Shown: piece by piece, positions 39,901-47,921 of the stretch
Numbering within the stretch: position 1 is the stretch's first letter
How the letters are laid out: every line of letters begins with the position of its first letter
DNA from: Candidatus Poribacteria bacterium
GTDB taxonomy: Bacteria; Poribacteria; WGA-4E; PCPOR2b
NCBI GenBank assembly: GCA_965215015.1
Contig: OZ244042.1
Coordinates: 3,872,001-3,936,000, forward strand
Direction: 5' to 3'
Length of the DNA: 64,000 bases
Translations under genes and position numbers: made by a program
Notes under the pieces: generated by a model
Seen by the model: only the letters and a program-made list of their open reading frames with translations
The model's database searches: none
What the model was told of the DNA's origin: nothing

Positions 39901-40802
39901 TTACCGCTAGCTGTGACATCTATGGATTCCCTGTTCAGAGGCCTCCAAGCGTCGGCTGAGGCACCTGATGCCGGTGTGTTGACTTCATACTCGAATGTAT
40001 AGGTCACGTCACTTTCACTGGCAGGGATAGTTACGTCGCACCAGATTAGGTAGGTCACCTGCACAATAGGTCTATCCGTTTTCTCTTGAGCAGATCTATT
40101 CGGCTGAGTTTTGTCTTCAAAATCTCCCGCTGAATGCCTGATGATTATCTCATTCCCGTTAAGGAATATACCCTTATCACTAAAAGTTCCCTCCCCATCG
40201 GTATCATGAAGGGTCAGAAAACGGCCGCCAGTCTGATCAATAGACGTTTGATCGGTGAAGGGCGATTCCCCACCCGTAAGCGCATACTCAGCAGTTCCCG
40301 ATTGCTTAAAGCGCGGGTGATGGGGGATAGGATCGCTGTCAAAGTAATAAAACCCATCTGACCGCCTTCGAGCTCCGAATTTTTGTGAGTCTGTGAAGGC
40401 ATTAAAAGCAACACTATCTGGAGCATTAGTATCTGGGAGGAACATCAGTGGGGCTCCTGCTAGCCGTGAATCACCTGCCGTGAAAGCACGTATACGGACT
40501 CTTAGGGAGCTCCGATCCAACACAATACCGTCTGGAATATCCACCCGAAACCCCGCCTTATCGTCGTCGTTGTGCGATGTATATGCAACTCGCAGTTGGT
40601 ATTGCCCGGCAGTAATATCATCAATCGGAATAATATCTGTGGCTTCCGGACTATCGAGCGGATTAAAATAGATACTTATCAAATCAGAATATATACGACC
40701 CTGCGGCGCAGCGTCGTTGATGAACAACCCCACAACCAACATCAAACTGATAACAAAAAACACACTTAACTTCCGAAAATTTACATCTCTTGGTTTAATC
40801 AC
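33924..40802 (-). CDS. Giant secreted/surface protein (2292 aa) with repeated Ig-like modules and C-terminal T9SS-type/FlgD-Ig sorting domain
   Basis: N-terminal signal peptide; recurring AG.....(F/Y)T(Y/F)TA.G...GG.V...VP.GW..P modules; C-terminus NYPNPFNPETWIPY...WDGRN..GE.VASGIYFY...RKMLILK. Confidence 0.88.
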   Translation of the reverse strand: MIKPRDVNFRKLSVFFVISLMLVVGLFINDAAPQGRIYSDLISIYFNPLDSPEATDIIPIDDITAGQYQLRVAYTSHNDDDKAGFRVDIPDGIVLDRSSLRVRIRAFTAGDSRLAGAPLMFLPDTNAPDSVAFNAFTDSQKFGARRRSDGFYYFDSDPIPHHPRFKQSGTAEYALTGGESPFTDQTSIDQTGGRFLTLHDTDGEGTFSDKGIFLNGNEIIIRHSAGDFEDKTQPNRSAQEKTDRPIVQVTYLIWCDVTIPASESDVTYTFEYEVNTPASGASADAWRPLNRESIDVTASGKLPAAYHTGGAKEIDVTMDVPQNEFPDTKITVFVPNNKAPVYGSHGFGPVLEPRESADSYITRSRVGDPDADTLSIKVRGGASVQVGWGFRETADEEPPDITVATDSTLPLAAGSYWNVLKFTYRPTADNLSDGRFRIAFPSDWEVSNKFLSVMEEGDDGPVTIYETNGEGAVSADSDTDRVDFEADKRITVALDSAWGPQRFNRDLIIQLGDVTAPIPSRLDEAATDDYAAHAEYEFLCSESTRNDVLSLLPSPPVVRVGNIKGGTDRDPLKRKLTIEPGRVFSGEENTEFTLTFTAPGPMHNSSLELLFGPEGADMAHLGPQDTPVKADFNVEPRGGATLDDTTDPTPWTVDEGTATAPAKLTIPIAKLDTGQQIIVSYTRAAAIGSSADADITAWTTVRRYAVKVSTGTYASVEVSGGVWVAKAGSGKLDLSPASVEAGSQRRDIDLTYEAYTDLEDATITIEPKGIVLDDDQKLQTDTSTDYGYVSGSEGLVVNDGDTLEWSGLDLEKGKTVTAKIRRVNILAEADEYEWGVMVNDTKLANDETTDIDDRPILSVVKTSGDAVRFEVDGDDTFRAGSKATINFKFIADSTPIRDGEVRLTIPSTLGFSPPTKADATAGEVAVSGEALKSGGAGGIGADQITLSGRTITVAIGRLDVDESVTITYGAADDSKAVLHHAAGAVEVAGTFRTSRGASTRTAGTATVTLSNVEDGMGAAVLSPGTIEAGSSNRAIEVVFTAAGTMDGGAVSLEIPDGWGSMQNDPTQRNYVTTRGAGVSAVEIADRYAIATIDTLAKGGSFRFIYGGGTGAAVGAEVQDNVGTAQFVIRSDGDGDGVFEAIESDLEHTGREKIRNPDKTQKIYKDAAGILQVKVTSALDGTGTVTLDTSSVRAASDDVVLVFTYKPSQTIEDGELKFTVPSSWSQPQVEEVSLPGYTEVEGVGLGSVADDDKFSVTVPIFSLDKANDIKITYGATDAGRAVASATTGVDAFRFAVRGGESGNLAPIRTQPTVTVNPQASGKGKAVIAITDGEGSLHTGDTGRELTVTYTAAGQMVGGKVRLAVPAGWSAPTADTVTITPAIAPTFSGQMAIVEGVNLSANGTVTFVYTGDVQPNVGTGVAFAVGVHGGDAADDFDDVSGDETMLTVDVDEARRGAGSGEVAPRIVDAGATGVNLTFTYTAVGLVNAPREFRVQVPPGWTAPSSAPMDPENKGTYTVAHRHMGVTTTVSVEKLTPVGRDMVARVKLGGLEVEAGDEIIFTYQNADAPANREVSEFVMLFDGQRVNSNVSVRVQDSTPTQLTLSSAGTVSADDGAMPLGITVGLRDAEGHEVAMVSDVSVTLTSSSAGTFSELAEGTGTESITVTVAGGEVSAMVYYQDSTPGIATITATAPGLTMASQPVTVTTSVIAITEGSVTIEPALAMAGDTVTVSAMGTAGRTVMFSVGSIVTDHSMAEVSSGAYSGSFTVVADQHPDGMYDVSVSLNGQSVMVSNALTLDSTMPTVMAMASPETIANGEPVEISATVSDASSITSVMADVSTLDTTQTDGVALTMGTDGAYSASVVVSEDNTAINGSKTITVTAIDAAGNSGSGTAMVTLDNQLSYTSQIPAGTSLFHVPLAVEGLNTVGDLREMLGSDANLLIVYDSATDLWNSRSDDVPITADLGILLSMSAEATVTFTGYAWDDGASTINLTAGSNLIGLPVNDARLTNVSDIAALFATGVVTSVVVSTADGYKSVTAAGDVNDGPVMGDAAYLVTATTDATAALIGTGWSQDTAAAAPIALVNHQVAGQTPVLDVNGSVVDESTGVAQDGFRVKVKNLSTKAALNRVTSAETATGYNMTFVDLKIGHAAQVGDVLEISADSPSPLIGVQPVRHIVTVDDVKATRIELADLIAYEIPSETELLRNYPNPFNPETWIPYRLASDADVVLTIYDSTGLVVRTLDMGHQMAAVYESRAKAIYWDGRNRFGEQVASGIYFYSLSAGDFSATRKMLILK

Positions 40803-40926
40803 AATAAAATCCTTTCGTGAGAAAATTTAATTTCAGATTAACTCAATAACAATAGTACCCTTTTCACGTCTTACAACCCCTACTGCAAAAGATAACGTTC
40901 TGCCTATTGGTCCTCTTGTCATTCAT

Positions 40927-41257
40927 TAGGTCAATTATGCACCCAAACGTTGTTGAAAACAGAAAAGGCTAATGGTAAAGTAAAGGGTTTTGAATACACA
41001 ATCTTATAATACGACCGATCGAAAGATTTGTCGATCGAAATCGAAAGACCTATCAAGATTTTTCGATTGGTTATCAGAATCTTTCGCTCTAAAACCCCGT
41101 CTGTTAAGACGGGTATACAGATTGGTATAGGTCAATTATGCACCCAAACGTTGTTGAAAACAGAAAAGGCTAATGGTAAAGTAAAGGGTTTTGAATACAC
41201 AAGGCTCTATTATAATACAATCGATCGAAAGATTTGTCGATCGAAATCGAAAGACCT
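40927..41257 (-). promoter_or_regulatory. Directly duplicated promoter+leader cassette (40927-41051 and 41128-41257), each TCGACA-N17-TATTAT
   Basis: 75-nt identical block (40927-41001 = 41128-41202); -10 at 41006-41011 and 41212-41217; -35 at 41029-41034 and 41235-41240. Confidence 0.8.
41091..41114 (-). terminator. Hairpin + U4 between the duplicated cassettes
   Basis: Minus strand CCCGTCT-taac-AGACGGG-G-TTTT. Confidence 0.45.
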
Positions 41258-41919
41258 GTTGTTAGGCTCTTAAATCTATCAGGCTATCAAGTCCCTAACA
41301 ATCGCAAAATGGGGTATACTTGTTTTGTCTTTGGTGAGGGATTTTCAGGCCGCCGCTTATCAGTGTCGCTCACCCCCAAATGAAATGGAAATGCAAGCGA
41401 CTCCGATGAAGACCTACAAGTTCAAACCGACGCATACGACGAAATTCGGCTTGAAATTTGAACCGGTCAGGCATGAAAAGCCTTTGTGCTCAAAGAGATA
41501 GTGGGAGGCAGTGCATGAACAAACGACCGAATATCCTCGCGGAATTGGGGAAAAAGGTAACGTGCAATGAATTGCACTACTACGAACCGGTGATCGCAGT
41601 TGGGAAACCTGCGCCACGAGGATTGGGCAAGAGGCCCGACCTACAGGTATTGGTCTCAGTCGAAATTCACAAAACAGGTGTTGTTGAAAGGCAGAATCTC
41701 TATTGTGCTTGATAGGGTTTTGTCTTTAACCGTTCAACGAACCTACACCGTTGGCAACTTAGGTTATAAGATAAAAGGATAACCGATTTTGGCAATCTGG
41801 ACAAGAGATTTCCGAATCGAGTTGGGGAGCACATCTGCGAGCCTATTGGGAAGGCTTATCTGCGTCCTGAAGCTTCTCGTGGATACTGGCAAGCAACATC
41901 TTGTCGGTTGTAAACTTCA

Positions 41920-43869
41920 TCACCGATAAAACGAATATACTTCAGTGTTCCACAGGAGTCGAATAGCTACCCACCCGCCCCCGACGATAAACTCTCCAAG
42001 AATCAGTCCTAAAAAAAGTGGGAACGCTTTTCGATACAGACGGATTCCACCCGCTTTGAGCAACATGGCCTTGATTGCCCACGCGATGAATATCGAAAAC
42101 CAGAGTCTTCCCATCGTATACCGCTCGCTACTGAGGAGGTAACCTGCTGGATGAAAAGGCAGCAGGGGAAACCGTGTTCGTAGCCACCACAGGAAGCCGG
42201 TAAAGCAAAAACCAAATCCCGTAAAAACGACCCCCGGAATATCTGTGTCGGTCGGATGATAAAGCCAACTTTGCAGGAGATTATACCCACCAGTGCCCAG
42301 GCCACTGACTACGCCGATTTCGTAACCGACGACGAGGTACGCCCAGAAAGCCGCAAGAATTCCCATGACTGTTGCTAACATCATTGCGACAATCAGTCTG
42401 CCTGAATTCATCTTTGATTCCTCGGCAATCTTTAACCCTTCGAGGGTATGGGGCATTGGATGGGCGCGGGAACCTCGATTAAACGTAAAATAGAACCGCA
42501 TCATGGTGAGACTACCGGGAGACAGCCGCCGCGTACCAAATAGATTGATGATAAATTCATGCGGCGTGGATCTGACGCGATTCATCGGTGGGCCCACTTC
42601 AGCACGAACCCTCGTGATGCCCATCGCCAAAAGATAATAGATTAGAAAATAAAGTCCTACGGTCCACAGTGCCATGCCGCCTTTATACGAAAAAGCCAGC
42701 AGAATAATCAACCCGCAGATCAATCCAACAAGTGCCCACCGATACGGTATCGGCTCTTTTGACTCGCTAAGTCGGTGCGTATTTTTAACACCGATTCCGC
42801 TGTGTTGTCGCTGAAATGGAAAAATGCCCTGACAAATAAAAAGAAAGTAGCGTCTTCCACCATAAAGTGCAAAACACACGAGTGCCAAATACCCGCCCAT
42901 AACCTGTGACCAATCGTAGGGGAAGTCAGGCATAGCTGTCAGCCCAAGCGCACTTCCCAATACCCGTTCCCCTTTCCAGAACCAATAGAAAAACCACAAC
43001 GAAAAAGACATCTCCAACGGTGTCAGAAAGGCCAGGCCAACAGCGAAGGAACGAATATAGACCGGTGTCCAGCCGATAGCGTTGTACGGCTTTTGGGTGA
43101 AGTATTGACCAATCTCTGCGTGGCGCACCGGGAGTTCTGGCAGTGCCGGAAAAAAGAAATGCAGTCCATTGATCAGATTAATTCCGCCCGCGATGGCAAA
43201 TCCAAGCCACATCATCTTCGATCGAAAAAGCCTACCGTCGGGACGGGTCATTTCCAACGGTAATTGGACAATTGGATATGCCAATCGTTCACGCTCAATC
43301 CACTGCCTACGAACCAAGATATTTAGACAGATCATCACCCAGATAAGTGCTGTCAAAAACACCGTCCACCAAAAGATAGGTCGCAGCCAAGCCCGGATAT
43401 GGGATTCGGTGTAAAATGTGCTTTCTCCAGCATAGAAGGCTTCCAACCCTGAAAAATCATTCGTCGTGAACCAAGACGGAATGTATCGCCAAAAGAGTGC
43501 TTTCCATTCGTTTTCAGGGGTGGCGAACCAAAAACCGTCAGGAACCGTCGGCACAATTGTTTGCATCATGTCATGCCCAGAGATCGCTGAAGAAATTGAA
43601 AGCATCACAAAGACTGTTAAAAGCTCTTGCTGTTTGAGGGCAACACGCGGCAGGAAACGTTTGAGAAGGAAATTGAAGGTCATTAGCACCATTAAGGTGA
43701 TCACCACGTTGTAAATGAGTGCCATCGTGGTCGGCAATGTGCTCCAAAACCTCAGATGGTTTGCCATGATAAAATAGGTATTGACCGGAATCAGCAACAG
43801 TCCAAGGAACACCGCTCGAAACGTCACATTCTCAGCCGTTGTTTGCCGAAACCCTGTTTTTTCGACCAT
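41920..43869 (-). CDS. DUF6785/DUF6784 polytopic membrane protein (putative transporter)
   Basis: RRQWIERERLAYPIVQLP, ITRVRAEVG, PFHPAGY, GGIRLYRKAFPLFLGLILGE. Confidence 0.85.
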   Translation of the reverse strand: MVEKTGFRQTTAENVTFRAVFLGLLLIPVNTYFIMANHLRFWSTLPTTMALIYNVVITLMVLMTFNFLLKRFLPRVALKQQELLTVFVMLSISSAISGHDMMQTIVPTVPDGFWFATPENEWKALFWRYIPSWFTTNDFSGLEAFYAGESTFYTESHIRAWLRPIFWWTVFLTALIWVMICLNILVRRQWIERERLAYPIVQLPLEMTRPDGRLFRSKMMWLGFAIAGGINLINGLHFFFPALPELPVRHAEIGQYFTQKPYNAIGWTPVYIRSFAVGLAFLTPLEMSFSLWFFYWFWKGERVLGSALGLTAMPDFPYDWSQVMGGYLALVCFALYGGRRYFLFICQGIFPFQRQHSGIGVKNTHRLSESKEPIPYRWALVGLICGLIILLAFSYKGGMALWTVGLYFLIYYLLAMGITRVRAEVGPPMNRVRSTPHEFIINLFGTRRLSPGSLTMMRFYFTFNRGSRAHPMPHTLEGLKIAEESKMNSGRLIVAMMLATVMGILAAFWAYLVVGYEIGVVSGLGTGGYNLLQSWLYHPTDTDIPGVVFTGFGFCFTGFLWWLRTRFPLLPFHPAGYLLSSERYTMGRLWFSIFIAWAIKAMLLKAGGIRLYRKAFPLFLGLILGEFIVGGGWVAIRLLWNTEVYSFYR

Positions 43870-43892
43870 TATCCGCACTTCCTTTTGGCATG

Positions 43893-43926
43893 AAAAAAGC
43901 CCTATGTATCATGCACAGGGCTTTTT
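43893..43926. terminator. Bidirectional-type hairpin terminator between the sulfatase and DUF6785 genes
   Basis: AAAAAAGCCCT...AGGGCTTTTT; similar to the 3312-3340 hairpin. Confidence 0.65.
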
Positions 43927-44050
43927 GGCTCGATGCTTTCCAATGCGATGTTGCATTGGGAGAGGTGAGTAGATTGGAACTCTGTCAATCCGCATTTATT
44001 CGTATGCCTTGGGCACGATGGCTTGACTTACAACAATTGTTCACGATCAA

Positions 44051-45340
44051 TCAGCTTCTCTCAGTTTCGCGGCGTTTCTGCATTTCCACCAAACACAAGT
44101 CTGCCAGATCACTGCCCAAGGGGTCGTCTATCTCCAGGGCGTGGCGTTTGAGCAGATGGGCAAGCTCAGTAATGACTTCGGTGTAGGGCGGGAAGTGGAG
44201 ATATTGGTTGTGACCATCTGCCCGCGGCGTCTTATACAGATTCAATTCCTCTTCCGGATCGCTGACCAGATTGTATAACTCGTGGTCCCCCATATAGCCG
44301 CGCAGTCCGCTCACAGGGCGACTCAGAATCAACTTCCACTCGTTGGTGCGAATGCAGCGTTGGTCGACAAAGGGACCACGGGTGATGTTCTGGGTGTAGT
44401 AGGCATCTCGCCACGGAATGGATTCACCCCTCAACAGCGGCGTCATGCTGCTACCGTGGAGATAGTCGGGGATTTCCAATCCTGCCCAATCGAGAATAGT
44501 GGGCATCAGATCTTGCAGTCCTACAAATTCTTCAATAACTAAGCCTGCTTCGATGGTTCCCGGCTGGCTGAAGATCATGGGTACCTTGATCGAGTCTTCA
44601 TGACAGGTAAATTTGTGGTCGGCCCCCCGATAAGAGAACATATCCCCGTGGTCGGAGCAGTAAACGACGATAGTATTTTCGGTGAGCTCCAACTCATCTA
44701 AGATTGTCATCAACCGACCCACATTGTGGTCGATGGCACTGATGGCAGCGTAATAACCAGCGTACGGCACCCCTTTGCCTCGATATGGTTCATAAAATTC
44801 TTTGGGCGCGGTGTAGGGATCGTGGGGTGGGTAATAGCTGTTCACCGCAAAGAAAGGTGCCTCGCTTGTGGCTTGCTCCTTGATGAACTCAATCATCTGG
44901 TCTGTCTGTTGATCTGGCTTGTAAATGCCATCCCGTTTATTGTCCACCCAATGGCCTCCCAAAGAGTTAAATCCCTTCCAAAGGTTGAACAGCCCTGGAT
45001 CCTTTTCACCCAGATGCCACTTGCCAAAATAGGCATTTGTGTGACCAGCCTCCTGCATGGGCCCGAAAACCGTGCGCTGCTCGTGGGAAGTTTCTTCGAG
45101 CAGGTTATCCATGTTGTAGGTGTTGTAAATCACCTGATGTCGGTGTGGATAAACGCCGGTCCACATGGTGGCGCGTACAGGGGTACAGACGGGCCATGGG
45201 GTGAAACTGTTTGTGCAGTTCGCGCCGCCAGCCGCCAATTGATCTATGTTCGGCGTAGAAACAAACTTATTGCCGTTGCAGCCCAGACTGTCCCAACGTT
45301 GCTGGTCAGTCATAAGCAAGATAATGTTGGGTCTTGTCAT
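44051..45340 (-). CDS. Sulfatase (formylglycine-dependent)
   Basis: PNIILLMTDQQR, CTPVRA (CxPxR), GKWHLG, PHDPY, SDHG. Confidence 0.93.
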   Translation of the reverse strand: MTRPNIILLMTDQQRWDSLGCNGNKFVSTPNIDQLAAGGANCTNSFTPWPVCTPVRATMWTGVYPHRHQVIYNTYNMDNLLEETSHEQRTVFGPMQEAGHTNAYFGKWHLGEKDPGLFNLWKGFNSLGGHWVDNKRDGIYKPDQQTDQMIEFIKEQATSEAPFFAVNSYYPPHDPYTAPKEFYEPYRGKGVPYAGYYAAISAIDHNVGRLMTILDELELTENTIVVYCSDHGDMFSYRGADHKFTCHEDSIKVPMIFSQPGTIEAGLVIEEFVGLQDLMPTILDWAGLEIPDYLHGSSMTPLLRGESIPWRDAYYTQNITRGPFVDQRCIRTNEWKLILSRPVSGLRGYMGDHELYNLVSDPEEELNLYKTPRADGHNQYLHFPPYTEVITELAHLLKRHALEIDDPLGSDLADLCLVEMQKRRETERS

Positions 45341-45364
45341 TCAAAATCCTCCTATTAGGAATTA

Positions 45365-45877
45365 ACGTTGAAGAGTTTCGCCGCATTATTCCAAAAAATG
45401 TCCTCCGCTGTGCTGTCCCTGAGCCGTTCGGACCAGCACACCCATTTAAGTAACCGCAGATGTTCTAGCCTGACCAGCACCGGCTTGATTGTCATGTGCT
45501 TCTCAACCCACACAGGCGACCGTCACCGAGCCAGAGAAAGGTGTCCGCTGTACCGACCGGTTTGCAAAGTCGGGAGGGGCTGCAGCTTACGCTGCCATCC
45601 ACTGATTGGCTTGAGACCGTTGCGCCGGCTACGGTGGGAACGAGATAAACAGGGCTGCTATCCGATGACCGGGGTGCAGATCCCCCATCAGTTCTAAGTA
45701 CATTTTAAAGCCGACTGTATGAAACGCCGCAAGTGAGTCGGGGAGTGCGAAGGCACCACGCTGCCATACATGACGGTGGGCATCAAACACCGGGTCAGGA
45801 ACAAACGAAGCAAGCTCGTGCTCGAAAAATTCTCTGTATTCGGTCTGAGACCGGCCTATCTGCGCTTCTTGACTCAT
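45365..45877 (-). pseudogene. Internally deleted/frameshifted amidohydrolase gene
   Basis: N-terminal FVPDPVFDAHRHVW and C-terminal LEHLRLLKWVCW...EDIFWNNAAKLFN only ~0.5 kb apart with stops between. Confidence 0.65.
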
Positions 45878-46430
45878 GGAATTATTCCTCTCATGCGGAT
45901 GAGCTTGGCAGGTACTTGGCGGACATAAGACACAAAATTGACCCGCTCATTTTCGAGCAGCGGAATTTTCAGGAGCGTGGCTACTCCGTTGGACGCGAGT
46001 TGGGGATCGAACAGGTCAAACTGAGCCATTATTATTCTCCTCAATTTTCCCGGATAAAGGGTTATTATTTAATGTGTAGAGTATATCACATCTCTGTGAA
46101 TTTCGATAGAAAGGATTTCATTGCAGCAAACTCAGGTAATGTTGTGATCCGGTTTGATGATTTCTTCGACGTGGTAATGCGGAGCTATCTCTACTAGTTC
46201 CGGCGTCTCCGGTGATAATCGAGCTTTGACATCTTCGGGAAACGTATAGGGAAATTGCATCTGTTGCAGGAACTAGACAATTGAGTAATCAGAACGTTGG
46301 GTAAACCCTCGTCGTAGCGTAGGTTTCCTAACCCCGATATGATCGAGGGCAGGCGCTGTGGGCGATCACAGGTTGGAAATCTGTGCCTACGATTGGATTT
46401 CCATTATCGTATGCCAAATCCATATACACT

Positions 46431-46737
46431 TAGGATTTACGCAGTTGAACCCTCGACGCCTTGTCGGTCGAGATTCATATCTCGACGCAACACTGTTGAT
46501 TTTGGAAAGTCGACCGGCTGCGTCCCCCTTACAGATTCAGTGAACATGTCTCTCAACGCCCGATGAATCGGGCAACTACAGTTCATCCGACAGGGGTAAG
46601 CACGCTCCGCGTGCCGCCCCCTCTCTAAGAACCATCCCCCCGCAAGTGGGGGAAGGGGGGCGACATACGGCGTATGCCTACTATCTTAAAGACGTGGGTT
46701 AAATGGCGTGCCTACAAACTCAAGTGCGTAACTCCTA
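46431..46737. mobile_element. Long TAGGA(G/T)TTACGC-TIR composite element with nested palindromes
   Basis: TIRs at both ends; left part matches 14695-14750; body is the inverted homolog of 6671-6960. Confidence 0.7.
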
Positions 46738-46784
46738 TACACTATATTTACATGCAATTGCCCTGGGGAAACGTATTCAATTTG

Positions 46785-46813
46785 TTGACATTGAGTCGCT
46801 TCTAACGTATAAT
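46785..46813 (+). promoter_or_regulatory. Perfect consensus sigma70 promoter TTGACA-N17-TATAAT
   Basis: TTGACA ttgagtcgcttctaacg TATAAT, ~83 nt before the PhyH ATG. Confidence 0.85.
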
Positions 46814-46896
46814 TGGCTTCCCTCTCCTGTTAATTTCCGACGGTTTCTCTGGCAAGTCTATATGTAACTCAGGCACTTAATTATTGGAGGAAGATT

Positions 46897-47841
46897 ATGG
46901 GAACCCATAACGTTTCAAGCGATGACCTGAAGTCTGCTCTCATGCATCTGTCTGAACACGGATATGCCGTAATTGAAGGCATACTCAGCGAGGATGAAAT
47001 CCAGTACTACTGCGGTCTTGTGGAGGAACTTTTTGAACGAGAGCGACAACAACCTTTTGAGCCAGAGGATGGTCCCGCGTTGCCGGAAGATGCTGACATG
47101 GAAGCGTATCTCAAAGAAAGCTACCAGATCAGCGAAGCGGAACTGGCTCGACTCATGCGGCGTATCCGCCATTCACGCGCGCAAAATCAGGGTACGCCGT
47201 GGCCCGTCCCCCCTTCAGGGGTAGTTAAGAATTTCCTTCACTTGCCGACCCTGTTTGATTATGATCAGTCCCAGCGTATCTGGAACTTGGTCAACAAGGC
47301 TCCGGATTTCGGAAAACTGATAGAGCATCCGGCCGTGCTTTCGTTGGTGCGGGAGATTCTGGGCGACGATTGTGTGCTCGCCGACTGTAGCGCGACCAGT
47401 ATAGGCCCCCACACCGGTGAAGGGGGGGCATGGCATGTGGATGTGCCGCTCGGTCAGTTGCCGGAGCCCTTGCCAGACTTCCCGCTGACCATCCAGAATG
47501 CTTGGATGCTCGATGCGTTCACGACGATCAATGGGGCGACACAGATTGTTCCTGATAGCCACCGCACTCGTAGAAAGCCCGTATGGGGCGGGCAGCAGGA
47601 GAACGGGACGATACTGACGGGCTCTGCCGGTTCAGTCGCTATCTGGCTCTCAAATACATGGCACAGGTCCGGTCCCAACGTAACAGACAATCCCCGTCGG
47701 GCAATCCTCTGCTACTACTCTCGTTCATGGATTAAGCCGTTCACCGATTATACATCAATAGCTCCGGAGATTGTGCAAACCTTCTCACCGGAATTGCGGT
47801 ATCTTCTGGGATTTTCGGCGAATCCCCCTGTGCGAGGGTAG
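46897..47841 (+). CDS. Phytanoyl-CoA dioxygenase (PhyH) family Fe/2OG oxygenase
   Basis: WHVD, NGATQIVPDSH, WHRSGPN..RRAIL. Confidence 0.9.
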   Translation: MGTHNVSSDDLKSALMHLSEHGYAVIEGILSEDEIQYYCGLVEELFERERQQPFEPEDGPALPEDADMEAYLKESYQISEAELARLMRRIRHSRAQNQGTPWPVPPSGVVKNFLHLPTLFDYDQSQRIWNLVNKAPDFGKLIEHPAVLSLVREILGDDCVLADCSATSIGPHTGEGGAWHVDVPLGQLPEPLPDFPLTIQNAWMLDAFTTINGATQIVPDSHRTRRKPVWGGQQENGTILTGSAGSVAIWLSNTWHRSGPNVTDNPRRAILCYYSRSWIKPFTDYTSIAPEIVQTFSPELRYLLGFSANPPVRG

Positions 47842-47921
47842 ACGAATTTTTTATATTTATATTGTACCAAACTCCATCAACTTCTAAAAATAGAAATTCA
47901 CTGAAACGAGGAGATATTACA

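Noticed and set aside
34460-40769. Numerous + strand and alternate-frame ORFs over the giant gene (and over dnaE, sufB, etc.)
   Set aside because: Shadow ORFs of long coding sequences with no motifs or ribosome-binding sites
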